A DNA stretch of 62,150 bases, filler included, from Globobulimina sp. (GCA_003354225.1; 15 parts of 15 records of this genome joined end to end with filler, not necessarily neighbours in it); one strand, 5' to 3'; shown: positions 23,096-35,396, counted from the first letter of the whole stretch. The notes: generated from the sequence alone by a model not told the origin. A program made the numbers and translations.

Positions 23096-24033
23096 TGGAC
23101 GATTTTAATTTAGGGGCAGCTTTAGAAACCGAAAAGAAAGCACTGGATGCCGAAACGTTCCGTGAAAGAATCGAAAATTGGCTTTTATTAGCACCCGGTG
23201 AGTTTTCAGTATCCGACATAGACAGAGACTTAGGCTTTCAATCGTCACAGCAAAAAACAGAACGCACGATTGCATTAGAATATTTCGTTACAAACGGGAC
23301 GCTTGAAAGGGTCGGTTCACGCCGGGGGTTGTATCGGCCATCTCAAAAAGACCTAAAGCGAATCGATTTTTTGGATTCAGACGACCGAGCCGTGAAAATT
23401 TGGTTGCCATTTGGGTTGAGCAGCATGGTTGAGATAATGCCAGGCAATATCATCATCCTGGCAGGGCAAGAGAACTCCGGTAAAACAGCTTTACTCCTGA
23501 ACATCATCCGATGGAACTTTAAAAAATGGGGGGTCCACTATTTCAACAGCGAAATGGGCGGTGGTGAGATGAAAAAGCGCTTGAAGCTGTTTGACAATAT
23601 CTCTTTGGCTGATTGGAAATTCAATGCATATGAGCGGGATTCCGAGTTTGCTGATGTGATTGTGCCGGGTGAAGGCAATTTGAACATAGTTGATTTTTTA
23701 GAGTGCCACGATGAGTTTTACAGGATGGGTGCCTATATCAAAGACATTCACGCGAAATTGGACGGCGCAATCTGTATCATAGCAATACAGAAAAACCCCG
23801 GCAGTGATGACGGCATTGGTGGCAAACGGACAATGGAAAAAGCGCGGCTTGCTCTGGCTCTTTCTCCCGGTGAATGCAAAATAACGAAAGCTAAGAACTT
23901 CAAAACAGAGAACAACCCCAACCAGGCGGTGTACAAATTTTTATTAGTAAATGGGTGCAAACTTGTAGAATCGGAACCCTGGCACAAACAAACCATAACT
24001 AAACTAAAAAAAAGCAAGGGGCAAACTCAATGA
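23095..24033 (+). CDS. RecA/DnaB-like P-loop ATPase (putative replicative helicase), phage/prophage
   Basis: Walker A ILAGQENSGKT, YFNSEMG, Walker B NIVDFLE. TAATG overlap with the upstream gene. Confidence 0.85.
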   Translation: MDDFNLGAALETEKKALDAETFRERIENWLLLAPGEFSVSDIDRDLGFQSSQQKTERTIALEYFVTNGTLERVGSRRGLYRPSQKDLKRIDFLDSDDRAVKIWLPFGLSSMVEIMPGNIIILAGQENSGKTALLLNIIRWNFKKWGVHYFNSEMGGGEMKKRLKLFDNISLADWKFNAYERDSEFADVIVPGEGNLNIVDFLECHDEFYRMGAYIKDIHAKLDGAICIIAIQKNPGSDDGIGGKRTMEKARLALALSPGECKITKAKNFKTENNPNQAVYKFLLVNGCKLVESEPWHKQTITKLKKSKGQTQ

Positions 24034-24466
24034 AACAAAAGTTATATGAACTCTCGGGAAAAAACATGGTGCTGATGGTTCGTGAAATTGAGCGGAAGGT
24101 GGCCGAGGTAAAGAATGACAGTCGAAGATAGGCAAATGCAAAAACTCAGGCAAGAGATTAAAATGCTCCGCCGCCATCGCGACGTGGCAAACACAATGTA
24201 CCGCCATGCTGTCGAAAAATTTAACGTGCTACAGCGGCAGAGGCTGGTGGAGTACCAGAACCAGTTACAGGAAATGAGGAGGGGAGCAAATGTATCTTGA
24301 ATGGTTGGTATGGCAATCACTCGCAGCCGAAAACATGGGTAAATACACGAAGTCCGTGGTGTTTCGGTTGTTTGTCGATGATGGGCACATTTGGAATGCT
24401 CGGTTGGCGCGGATCGCAAAGAAATATAATTTGAAATGCAAATGTGGAGGTAAATGTGAAATTTGA
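24030..24466 (+). CDS. Run of small overlapping phage-like ORFs (24030-24131, 24115-24300, 24290-24466)
   Basis: Co-oriented ORFs with overlapping starts and stops and GAGG/GGAG SD-like sites. Confidence 0.5.
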
Positions 24467-24627
24467 TTTAACAGTTACACTATTAACCGCCAGAATCAAT
24501 GAATACGAAATGTTATCGAAACACATGCAAAAATAGCAGAACTCCAAGCAGCTATCCAAATTTTACGAGATGGGAAAGGGTACTTGACAAAAGACAAACC
24601 CAAAAAAATTAAATTCTATAATGAGTT

Positions 24628-24760
24628 ATGATGATAATGCCGTCAAATAACACGGGTGGTATAATTCATTATTTCGCTGGAGTATGCCGCGAAAACCCGC
24701 GCAAGTATCCATACCAAATTGGGTTGTTAATTTCTCCCCAGGGGTGGCGTAACCCACCAG
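24628..24760 (+). CDS. Phage hypothetical protein, N-terminal fragment
   Basis: MMIMPSNNTG...YFAG...IGLLISPQGWRNP. Sequence turns abruptly GC-rich after about 24760. Confidence 0.4.
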
Positions 24761-24916
24761 GGAATCACGACACCACTTCCGACGCGCGTCGTCGCACTGC
24801 CGGCGCCGACGGGTGCNNNNNNNNNNNNNNNNNNNNNNNNNNNNNNNNNNNNNNNNNNNNTTAATTAATTAANNNNNNNNNNNNNNNNNNNNNNNNNNNN
24901 NNNNNNNNNNNNNNNN

Positions 24917-27634
24917 AATTGTATCAATTATGTCAAATCCAAAGTAAATGACCAATGCGCAGCCACCAATACCAAAGATACGACTTTTCGGATCACTGGA
25001 ATATGTATATAATGAGCCATCCGGTACAAAATATAACTTATTTGCTTCCATCATACTGTCTTTCCACATATTTGCATATTCAATGCACTTAATTGAGTCC
25101 GGTAACGTATGCGGAATATATTTGTATACAAAACGGTTCACAAAGTTACCACAAACATAGGTCTTTGTGTCCATTGTATTCAATTCCAATGAATCTATGT
25201 ACCATTTCCAAAGTATATTCTTTTTCTTTTTGTCGTTTGGGATACACTTTATTTTCTCCTTGAAATCGTGGGCCATATTTATTTTGTAATAATACGGTTT
25301 TATCTGCCTAATAAAATCACATTTTTTTTGATAAAGGCCATTGTTCTTATTACATCTCAATAATTTTGAGAAAGACTTCGCATTTAAGCGCTTCATGAAC
25401 GCATCGAAAGTATTGAATCCATTGAAATTATTTCTTTCTAATGTCGACAGTGTATATAATTTATTATTGAAAATACGAATCAATTTGTTATATTCAACTC
25501 TAATCTGGTTACTATCGATCAAATTAATATATGTAGGTCCTGCATAATTTAGTAGTGATATCGCAGTTGCCTCAACATAATATTTCGCGACACCTACACT
25601 GATCCGACTATGTTTATCATCCAATAACTTGTAGCAGCTTCTTCTAATAACCCCCATATCTTTCAATATCTTCTTTGTGTGCAAATTAAACGTCCATTGA
25701 TTATCCAATTCCATCCCTAATATTACAAAACTATCGGAATGCTTGTGATTGGTTGCTCCGTCCATTGAGAATTTATATTTTCTATATTTCCGCAACCAAT
25801 CATACAATTTACTTTTGATAACTTTTTGATGAGTAATAAATTGTTCATATTCATATTTTTCCAATATCAAAATGCATTTATCATTGACTTCGTTGGTGCA
25901 GTAAAACCATATACTTTCCCTTATTGCATATTTTATGACATTATCAGCCAAATCAATATCCATTTGATTACGGTTCAAACATTTTTTCATTTGATTGACT
26001 GTAAATACATAATATGGTTTCTTGCGCTTTTGGGTTAATTTTTGGTTTCTGGCGATTATTATTCTTTGTAAACGTTGTATTATCGGAATGCATTTGGTAT
26101 ATTCTTGTTGAAATTGTGTTAGTTTTTGAAAATAATGATCTTGAAACACAACAATATGCGATTTATCATCATTTGTGGGGATGTTATTAACATTGAAATA
26201 TTCTCTCATAAAATCCATTGCATTCTGCATTTTCGGATACATTTTATTTAATATATTATAATACTTTTTGTTTGGCAGCAAATTGACAAAATCATTGATG
26301 GATATCGTACTGTTCATTGTCACCCTTTTATATTCCAAATTTAAGGCGTTTATTGTGGTGTTATTTTTATTTAATAGATGAATATAAAAATTCACGTCAT
26401 CCATTAATATTTTTGGTTGGATTTTAGCGATTTTAAAGCCACTTTTCTCATCATACAAATTATAGCTTTCATCCAAATGTTTACATCCAGGGTTTACGTA
26501 GACGCACCACGCAAAACCCGCAGGTTTAAATCCTTGCGAAAATAACGAATTTACAGGGACCAACATATCGGACTTTTGGTTATTTACTTTACAAATCAAC
26601 CTAACATTGCTTGTGAGTGACCTAAACATCGTAATTGCGGCCTCACTAAACCCACAATGATACTTCATTTTATCTTCAATGATTTCAGGGAACATAGAGT
26701 TGTAAGCACTGCTCGAGTCGTTCGACGTGAGTACAGTCGGAAAGCCACAACAAACCATATCATCAATGTCCGTAATCATATCAGCGAGGCAGTCCTCAGA
26801 ACCGCACGCCATTTTGGAGGCATATTGATGTATGGATAGCAGTTTATATTTCTCTGCATACTCTGTCATACGGTTATAAATCATATTTGTATATACTTTA
26901 AAAATATTTATTCCATATTCTAATGGGCGGAAGGAACCAATTAACCGCTTATCTTTACCAGCTTTGAGCAGCGGATTCATTAATCTCTCGTTCATATTAT
27001 TTGTAATTATTCCATTGTCTTTCCACCAATTAAAAACTAATAAAAACGGCTTTGATATTTGGTGCTCAGCGTGTTTGAGTATCATTAAATGTACAATGCC
27101 ATGATATGCTTTATTCGGATTACATTGATTCAGAGAATAATGGAATTCTGACTTTGTAAACGAACCAACTAATTTCTGCGAAGCTAATTTCCATTTTGCG
27201 ACCTCATCCAATTGGCATTGATTTAATTCATTGATATCCATTTCAGCCCATATTCTTGGTTTAAAATCGTATGGTTTATCCATTTCACGCGCTCTTTTTC
27301 TTGATTTTTTCACCGAAATATCATACATCGGATTCGATTCGTGTCCAATGGTATTCATATATTTTGAGATAATATTTGCTTTTGCTTTGTCATCAAATAT
27401 AAAATCGTCATATTTCAAATTCAGATTTTGATCATCCGAGATTTTTTTAATTGCAATTGAAGGCTTAATTAATTTCCCAATATTTCTATCATTGTTTTTA
27501 TCATCGATTCCATTCAATTTCTTTACCAAATTATACCAAGATTTTGTTTTAAACTCATTTATTGTTTTTAAGTCCTGTTTTGATTTATTTCTACGTTTAA
27601 TGTTACGTATAGTTCTACTCTTTAATCTATCCAT
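24917..27634 (-). CDS. Reverse transcriptase + RNase H portion of the LINE, partial
   Basis: About 905-aa uninterrupted ORF with non-LTR RT motifs. Confidence 0.88.
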
Positions 27635-28968
27635 TTATTTCCAGTTTTGGTATATGTTCCATCGCTTATGTCCAATTCTGTTAATTATCATTGTTTTCGG
27701 GCAATTTCTTGTGTTTATTCCACGTTTTTCATCCCATTTTTTTTTTATATTTACCACTGCTTTTATTACGGACTTATACTTTTTATAATATTTACGCGTA
27801 GATTCAATGATTTTTTTTGTTTCTTTGTTAAGTACCAATACTTTGCCCACTCGTTTTGTTATTTGCCCAAAATGGTATTTTGCCGAATTAATTATTAATT
27901 TTCTTGAGTGTTTCATTATCATTGAAGCCATTTTCTCATTAATCTGCTTATTCTGATTGGTTTCGTGGTGTTTATCAATTATATTCATCATTGACTCCAT
28001 TTTAATTTCTAAATCATTCTGAAATTTGATAATATTTTGATTTGTCATATTTTCAAGTTTCCAAAGCGTTTTTGTAAACCATTTCTTCTGTCTCACCATA
28101 TTTACATTTATTAGGTACATATGATTGGGATAATGGTCCGACAGCGTTGACGGCACATAATTGTTAATCGTTTTTATTCTGCCATTTTTATTAAAATTAG
28201 ACCAAACTGTATCGATTATAGACTCTTCAACTACGCCATATTTATTTGTTTTAAATCTGGTTTTCTGACCATACACATTTATGTTTTGAATGCCAATTTT
28301 CTTCATCGCACTAAACAGATGGTCTCCGTCAACGTATTTTTTAAGTATATTGTGTCTTATTTCATCATTTCTATCAATGGCACCAATTTGTTCAGATCTA
28401 ATGTTATAATCACCACCATTAAGGATTGTAGGAGCCATATCGTCCATATATTTAGTGATAAAATTATAGATAGTACGGATTTTAGATAGGTTGATTGCAT
28501 TCGGATTTGGTGATCTATAACAATTCCATAATACAATTTTATCTCTGTTTCGGTACAATTTATTCAATTTTAATACCACAGCACACGAATATATATTGTT
28601 CTGCGGCTCCGTTTCTATCAAATCATACGGAATATCAATGGAACTGATACTGTTTAGCAGAATATCGCTCACATAAATCGATGTAATACCAATAATATCG
28701 TTGGTGATGCGAGTCATACCACTCAGTTCTGCGAATTCCTTTTCTCTGGCAATTTTGTATCCTCTGTAGTTTTTAAAGCCGACCGTCTCTTGAAACATAC
28801 AAATATGCGGTCGGACTTCATTAATATATGTAATAATCTCCGCGTTTTTAATTGAATTCGCATTCATACCGCCATCCACATTCCATATTACTATATTTAA
28901 TTTACTGACTTTGTTTTTTTTTGAATTTTTACTGTGTTTATTTTTTATTTTTTTGTTTTTTATTTTAC
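27635..28968 (-). CDS. APE (EEP-family) endonuclease portion of the LINE
   Basis: Catalytic motifs intact. Ends at a TAA in frame with the RT ORF. Confidence 0.88.
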
Positions 28969-29195
28969 NNNNNNNNNNNNNNNNNNNNNNNNNNNNNNNN
29001 NNNNNNNNNNNNTTAATTAATTAANNNNNNNNNNNNNNNNNNNNNNNNNNNNNNNNNNNNNNNNNNNNCCTCACTCAAACTCCATGACTTCGTCATGTTG
29101 AGTTTTATTATAGCGACTAGATCACAGTCGATCACATTTATTACGTGGCAGTACCTCTTGTTAATTTTGGATTCGTTTATTAGTGGTGTGAAGGC

Positions 29196-31024
29196 TTGAA
29201 TCACTTATTTGATTTTAATACGGTTCACGAGACCCCCATCAATATTATTTTTGATGAATATGATTTTCAGCTCGGTCGTCATAGAAAAGACGTGTCAAAT
29301 ATTCAGTTCACGTCAGATATCCACAAAAGTGATCCGTCGCGTATCCAGATTTTGGAAGTTCAAGTCATATATCATCCAACCCTCAAGAAGTTGGTAAGCA
29401 AAGTCTCACCAAAAAAGACAGATCCCCACGCTTATCTGGATACACATTCCTGTCATCCGGGTTCAACGTTTACTGGCACAATCAATGGGGTCGCACTCCG
29501 TATTCGTTCAACCACTGATGATTGCTATTTAGACGCAGAAATGTATAAATATAAATGTTATTTGATAGCCCGGCATTACGACCCTTTATTAGTTAACACC
29601 ATTTTTAATATGTATGCATCATTGACAAAATTGGAGGCACTTCGTCGATGGAACCCGATGAAGAATGACATTTTACGTTTTAATCATAAGAATATTCGGA
29701 AAACGAACGTTGTTGTCAATAACGATCAGAGCGACAACACCGACGACTCAAAAGATGATGATGCTGCACCTGAATATACGCCGTGTGCACGTTTTATACA
29801 TAAGTTCCATCCGTTGCTTGAAGGTTTGTTTATCACTCTTTTAAAACAGAACTGGTCGAAGTATATTGCTGGAGATGCCATATTGACGACGCTGTTTCCA
29901 TTGTCTTTCTTCGCAGAAACGTGGCAAAGAGCTGGCTTGAATTTGAAAGAAAGACTGACTCCGAATCGATTTTATGACTCTAATCATAAATTAGCTATTT
30001 CGATGGAGCTTTCTCATTTCAGCCGGATGAAACTGACTATGATTGATCATCAATTATTTAATTGTAAGGATTTTATTTCTGATTTACGTCTCCGTGAAGA
30101 TGTTTATATTACCATTGACCACAAGCAATGTCGCCGCGACCTACTGAATGATTGGAAAGGATTCGTTCCGTGCTCTATCTTGAAACAGCGAGGCATCGTC
30201 AGGAATGTCAATGGTTTGTGCAATTGCAATACCACCACTCATTACGCAACCGTTCGAAAGTGGAATTGCCGAAACACCAATGAACTATTTAAGGTATCCC
30301 AGAAGTTATCATGTTTCTCAATGAACATTGTATACATTATTTATTGTGATCGCTGTGCGGATTTCTATGTTGGCAAAGCCGGAGCTGGTATAAATAATAC
30401 CCGCTGTTTACGTGATCGTAATAACGAGCACACGAAGAATATCTTGGATGTTTATAAAACATTGAATTCGCGCTCATTCTATGATGAAAATGGCATTATT
30501 CAGCAGCACAACTCATTAATTTTGAAGGGGATTATTAATACGATAATCGCGCAGAGCTATACCCGTGAAATCTTACATTTACTGGGTTGGATGGCACAAA
30601 TTGTTATAAGTTCAATATGAAAGATCCTTTGAAATTTTATAGGATATTCGCATTACGGCAATTTAATGAATTGACTCGCTCCCAATGTGAGGCAAAATTA
30701 TGTGAAAACGAAAAGTATTATCAAGGACAAATGTGCTCAGTTATTAAGGGCTTAAATGGATTAACGGATTTCAAGAAAATTGATACTTTTACGTCGGACT
30801 TTAAGAACAAAGTCAATCAAACTATGATCGACATGGAATCAAAATCGTTATTTAATTTTAAGAAAAATACTATGCGATTGCAACAGTATTTGATCGATAA
30901 TAATATTATATTTTCAGATATTTTTAAGGAATCTTTCGATGATTTGACGAATAAATTAGTTGACGACGAACGTGTCCCCATTCTGGACACTCTGCCTATC
31001 GAAATCCCCCATTCTCATCGATAA
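29196..31024 (+). pseudogene. PLE RT-GIY-YIG ORF with a frameshift near 30578
   Basis: Adding one T in CATTTACT restores ILHFTGLDG and joins ORF 29196-30620 to ORF 30587-31024. In-frame TAG at 29181. No catalytic DD motif recognisable. Confidence 0.75.
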
Positions 31025-33090
31025 TTCGCATATATCCATTAACTCATTCGACCCATTTAATACTACTATGAATATTGATTCAGATTTTGTTTCCAATCCA
31101 GTATCTTTGCTGAACATCAATTCGGACATTGATAATATTGACCTTTTAATGGATATGGATTTGGATTTGAGCTCTGTCTCCGATCTCAATCAACTACACA
31201 ATCCTTCCAATTCTGTGGATAATTTCATGGCACATTTTCAATATCAACGTGAGATGTGGTTGAAAATGGTGGACCGTAATCAAATGCCTATCCATCAGAT
31301 TGATACCTATGATCCAAATACATTACCCATTCTCCCGTCGCGTGTCTCTGATTATATTCATCCTTTTACCCAATCCCCACAGAAAGATATTGGCCTTTTT
31401 CAAGAAGAATTATCATTTAGAGAATAAAAATAGAATAATCTGTGATACGCTGCATAACGATGATCTTTCTCATTTAAACGACCATCAATTACGCGAAAAT
31501 ATTAATGTTCAGTTACTGAACAATGATTTGTCGCCAATTATATCTCCTTCCACGAGAGAGAAACGTGTATTGATGGACTTATTTCTCTGCCACAATAATT
31601 CTGATCTCACTGATTCTTTATTTGACGCATTAAATCCACCCAAGACTCCACCATCAGAGCTGTTTGATGACAATGTCTCTGACAACCTCAACCTGTATCT
31701 ATCCAACGCTCTGTCACCACTCACACGATCACAAGATGTCGCTATACATCAACGTGTGCCCGCTGCGGATATGCATATCAATATTGGAGACAGTCTTGTC
31801 AATGTCAATGAAGTTAGTAACATACGCACCGCATCCCGTCCTCTTCGGTTTATACCTTCCACGAATACGGCTCCTTTGTACTTGGAATCCATTGCCGAAG
31901 CTCCGATTATTTCCCAACAGTTCGCCAACAATTCGCAGTCTATTCAAGCCCCAAAGCAGTCAATACCAACACATCTATTATCTATTAATCGTATTAGTAA
32001 TACAAACATCCATCGTAATGTTACATTATCGCCATCGCGGTTAACTCGATTACAGCCACAACCACATATTCCTACATCAGTCGCTTTGCAACAAAATACA
32101 TCCACCCAACTACGTAATGCGTTTCGTCAGTTCCGTGCTGACATTTTGAGTGATAATATTTCACCCACTGATGATTTACGACCGACGCAGTCCATATCTA
32201 TTGACGCTCAGCCTGTAATTTCATTGTCTCAAAACTCTGATTTCATTCGGTTTCATGACGATATTTGCGATGGCGCTGTCACACAAAGTCGGCCGTGGAT
32301 GGTAACTTCGATAATGTTCAATTCACAGCATTTAAGGACCGATGGCTTCTTCATGACCAACCAGAGCGAGCTAGACGTTTATTTCATGATTTTTATGACT
32401 CTGGCATTGATGTTCATGATTTAGAAGAATTAGTGGAATAACACCCAATTAAATTAGATTTGCATCTATTTATTTTATTTGCAATTTGAGTTTTTGATTT
32501 GTAGACAATACAATTATTATTATTTTTAGTTTTGTTCATATTACAATTAATTGTCTGTCTATGTGTTTATTAGTATGTCATTGTATCAATTCTTTATCAT
32601 TACTTCCTTATCTTTTATTTTTATTTGTATAATTTAGTTTTGTTTTGTAAACCTATCTTGAATAATCTTTTGATGTTATCTTTATTATGATTTTTTTCTT
32701 TGATGGTTTATCATATCCAATACTGATTTATCTGTGGCATACTGTTTTATTATATGTAGTGTTGATTTTGTGTATTAACTTATGGTTTTTGTGTCTTTCT
32801 AATATATTTTTGTTTTTCCACAGTCTTATTTGATTATTGTTTTTATTTATTTTTGTGATATCCACTTTATTTATAATCTTTTTGATTGTGTGACTTTTGA
32901 TGTTTGTCCAAACTCCATATTTGATATATGTTTATTATTCACATTGCATTCTCCATCATTTATATGTTATTATTTTTTACATCTATTCATCTATTCCTTT
33001 ATTCCTTTCTTTTTATAACTTTCTACACATTGATAAAACTTTTTAGTTTATGTTTTTCTTTCAGAAAACATTTTAACTTTAATTTCAACT

Positions 33091-33120
33091 TTGTCCTGAC
33101 GAAGGCAGCATTTGCCGAAA
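33091..33120 (+). ncRNA. Hammerhead ribozyme core (type I, PLE-associated), truncated by the contig end
   Basis: CTGACGA (33096-33102), A, stem II GGCA/TGCC with loop GCATT, then GAAA (33117-33120). Confidence 0.8.
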
Positions 33121-33617
33121 NNNNNNNNNNNNNNNNNNNNNNNNNNNNNNNNNNNNNNNNNNNNTTAATTAATTAANNNNNNNNNNNNNNNNNNNNNNNN
33201 NNNNNNNNNNNNNNNNNNNNATGTGTTTTTTTATTTTTTCTTTGGTCAAGACCCATATTTAGCTTTTTTTTTTATATTGCACAGTAAGTAAAGTGCCACT
33301 TTAATACTATATAATTATTTTTCACAACAAATGGGTTAAATCCTTAATTTGAAAAATATTTCACAAAGGAGAATATTTTTCAAATTAAACATTCCACCCA
33401 ACTTCTGTGTATGTCTTGATTTATAAAGTAGCAGTTTTAATTGAAATGTAATGTTTTTTTGAATGGAATGAATACACTTCCACAATGCGATACAGTAGTG
33501 ATGTACCATTGAACTGCGGTTGGGTGTTTCCCTTTCTTTTCGAACTAATCGGAGCTGTTTGAAAAGTTTTTTCTAAAACCCGAGAGTCCCGACGTACTCA
33601 AAAGGGATCAGAGACTG

Positions 33618-35161
33618 ATGTTTGGTTCAGTGAAATTGTTAATAATATGCAGTATGTACTCATTGAATATTAATTAATGAACAAAACTAACATCATAAAC
33701 ATTATTAGGCATACTATTAACTGGAAAGTCAACACAATATTCATTGCACTCCATTACTCCAAATGCGAATAACAATGTAACTTCAATACATATGGAAAAT
33801 CAGATGCTATTGACAATGGATATTATGATCAATTCTGTTCCATCTAACTGGGTATCAGTGCTTCATGTTGGCACTGACGATATTATTCGATTCCCAGCAA
33901 TATTTATTTATAACAATTTCCAACAGACAGGCATTTATGTTTTTTTTTCAAATGATAATAGTTATGTTACTATCGGGGCTGGTATTTTGTCATTACGTAC
34001 AATGTATAACATACAATTACAAGTTACACAATCTACATTTAAAATTATTATTGATGGCGATATAGTTTATTATAGTAATTCATATGCGGCGCATGTGACA
34101 GGTATTTATATATAAAAAAAGTGCACTTAATAATTGTTTACAAGAAAACACTAAAAAACAGGAACAACATATCCGTTATATATCAGTGATCCATGGTACC
34201 CCGCAGCAGATGCGTTGATACAAAACTTTAGCATTATCACTGATGCACATGGTATGCATTAAACTTCGTTTATTCATAGATCTTTAATATATGTTATCTC
34301 ACTAAATTTAAATAACCATTGGTACATTGACCATTAATATATTGGAATGAATCTGCAGTGTGCCAATGGCAATGCGTCAATGATGTCTTAATTCCGTGTT
34401 GTTTGTAAACTTTGTATATAGGATTAGTAGAGCCAATGAAGTGTTATGGTGCGAGTGCGACTGAACAATGTATATTTCCATTTTATTATGAGGGTGGTAC
34501 ATACTATGAATGTACTGATGTCGAGTACACTCAATTATGGTGTTGTACAGAAGCTGTCTGTAGTAAGGTGGCTGGTACCTGGGTTGTCTGTAATTGTTCG
34601 ACATATGAACCGACATATTACCCCACTGATTCACCGACAAATTTGCCCACTTATTTGCCAACTTATCTACCCACTAATCAACCCACTAATTATCCGACTT
34701 ATTTGCCAACAAACAATCCATCAGAAGCAAATAATGGAGAAAATATAGGTTCTACACAGTTATTAACCACAGTAATTTCTGCAGACACAAATAAATCACA
34801 TAAGTTGATGAATACAGCTGTTATTCTTATATTGTTATTAAGTATCATGGTTTTGATTTGTTTCATTGTTGTTATGTTTCAAAAATATAAAATCAACAGA
34901 ATGAGAAAAGATTACAATGATAACAATTATATACAATTAAGTGATGTGGATAATGGTAAAAAACAAAAGTTAACATATTCTCAAGCTGAAGGAAGTATTA
35001 GTAATAATTTACAAAGTTCAGTAACAGCGTCAATTATTACGAGTGTTTGTGGTGAATCTATGACGAATACCAAACGAAATAATGACAATGTATATGAAGA
35101 TAATAACAGTGATGATGATATTTATCATGATATTATTCAAGACATGGAAACTGACAAATAA
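33618..35161 (+). CDS. Type I membrane protein: signal peptide, ConA/LamG-like domain, fibronectin type II domain, PT repeats, TM helix
   Basis: Introns 33652-33708, 34102-34161 and 34252-34421 restore one frame. YISDPWYPAA; CIFPFYYEGGTYYECT...LWC...WVVC; PTxx repeats. Confidence 0.75.
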
Positions 35162-35197
35162 ATTGCTTTTGTACAAATTAAATTTCAATAAATTGTA

Positions 35198-35330
35198 TAC
35201 TTTAGAATAGACTTGTTTGTATACTATAGGATTTTGAAAGTGCATTAATTATCCTTGCACTGCATGTAAATCTCCATATGATTTTGAATTGAAAAACACG
35301 TTGTGTTTCCAAAAGGTATTATTCTAAAGT
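35198..35330. mobile_element. Second, more degenerate copy of the CTTTAGAATAG MITE family
   Basis: TACTTTAGAATAGACTTGTTT at 35198 and TATTCTAAAGT at 35320-35330. Confidence 0.55.
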
Positions 35331-35396
35331 CCGTTAATTATAAAACATTTAACACTTTGACTAGGTATTAAACGTTTAATTATTTTAAAGTCTTTA

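Larger units (their letters stand above)
24917..28968 (-). mobile_element. Non-LTR retrotransposon (LINE): APE endonuclease, RT and start of RNase H; fills the whole contig
   Basis: APE motifs WNVDG, FQET, YRSPN, GGDYN, IDTVW, SDHYP. RT motifs LLKAGK..SFRPL, HQYA, DSSSAYN, FSQG, LMDD, ILGMELDNQWTF. RNase H-like FVPDGS...GIGGCALV. Confidence 0.9.
29069..33120 (+). mobile_element. Penelope-like retroelement (RT thumb + GIY-YIG endonuclease), 5'-truncated and frameshifted, ending in a hammerhead core
   Basis: NIQFTSD, IQILEV, KKTDPHAYLDTHSCHP (PLE RT C-terminus). LSCFSMNIVYIIYCDRCADFYVGK...RNNEH and EKYYQ...KGLN (GIY-YIG). T-rich 3' region. Confidence 0.88.

Noticed and set aside
24584-24622. 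Perfect TTGACA and TATAAT as a sigma70 promoter
   Set aside because: Spacing is 27 nt rather than about 17.
21496-24816. Phage integrated into, or HGT into, the eukaryotic genome
   Set aside because: The junction truncates the host gene with no att site or TSD, and similar joins recur in the window. A chimera is more parsimonious.
24917-27634. RT as retron, DGR or group II intron
   Set aside because: An upstream APE endonuclease and downstream RNase H define a eukaryotic non-LTR element.
27632-27637. Reassigned stop codon (TAA = Gln) genetic code
   Set aside because: TAA terminates conserved genes such as eIF3d at the expected place, and long ORFs lack internal TAA.
24917-33120. LINE and PLE as one composite two-RT system
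   Set aside because: They are on different contigs and adjacent only because of size sorting.
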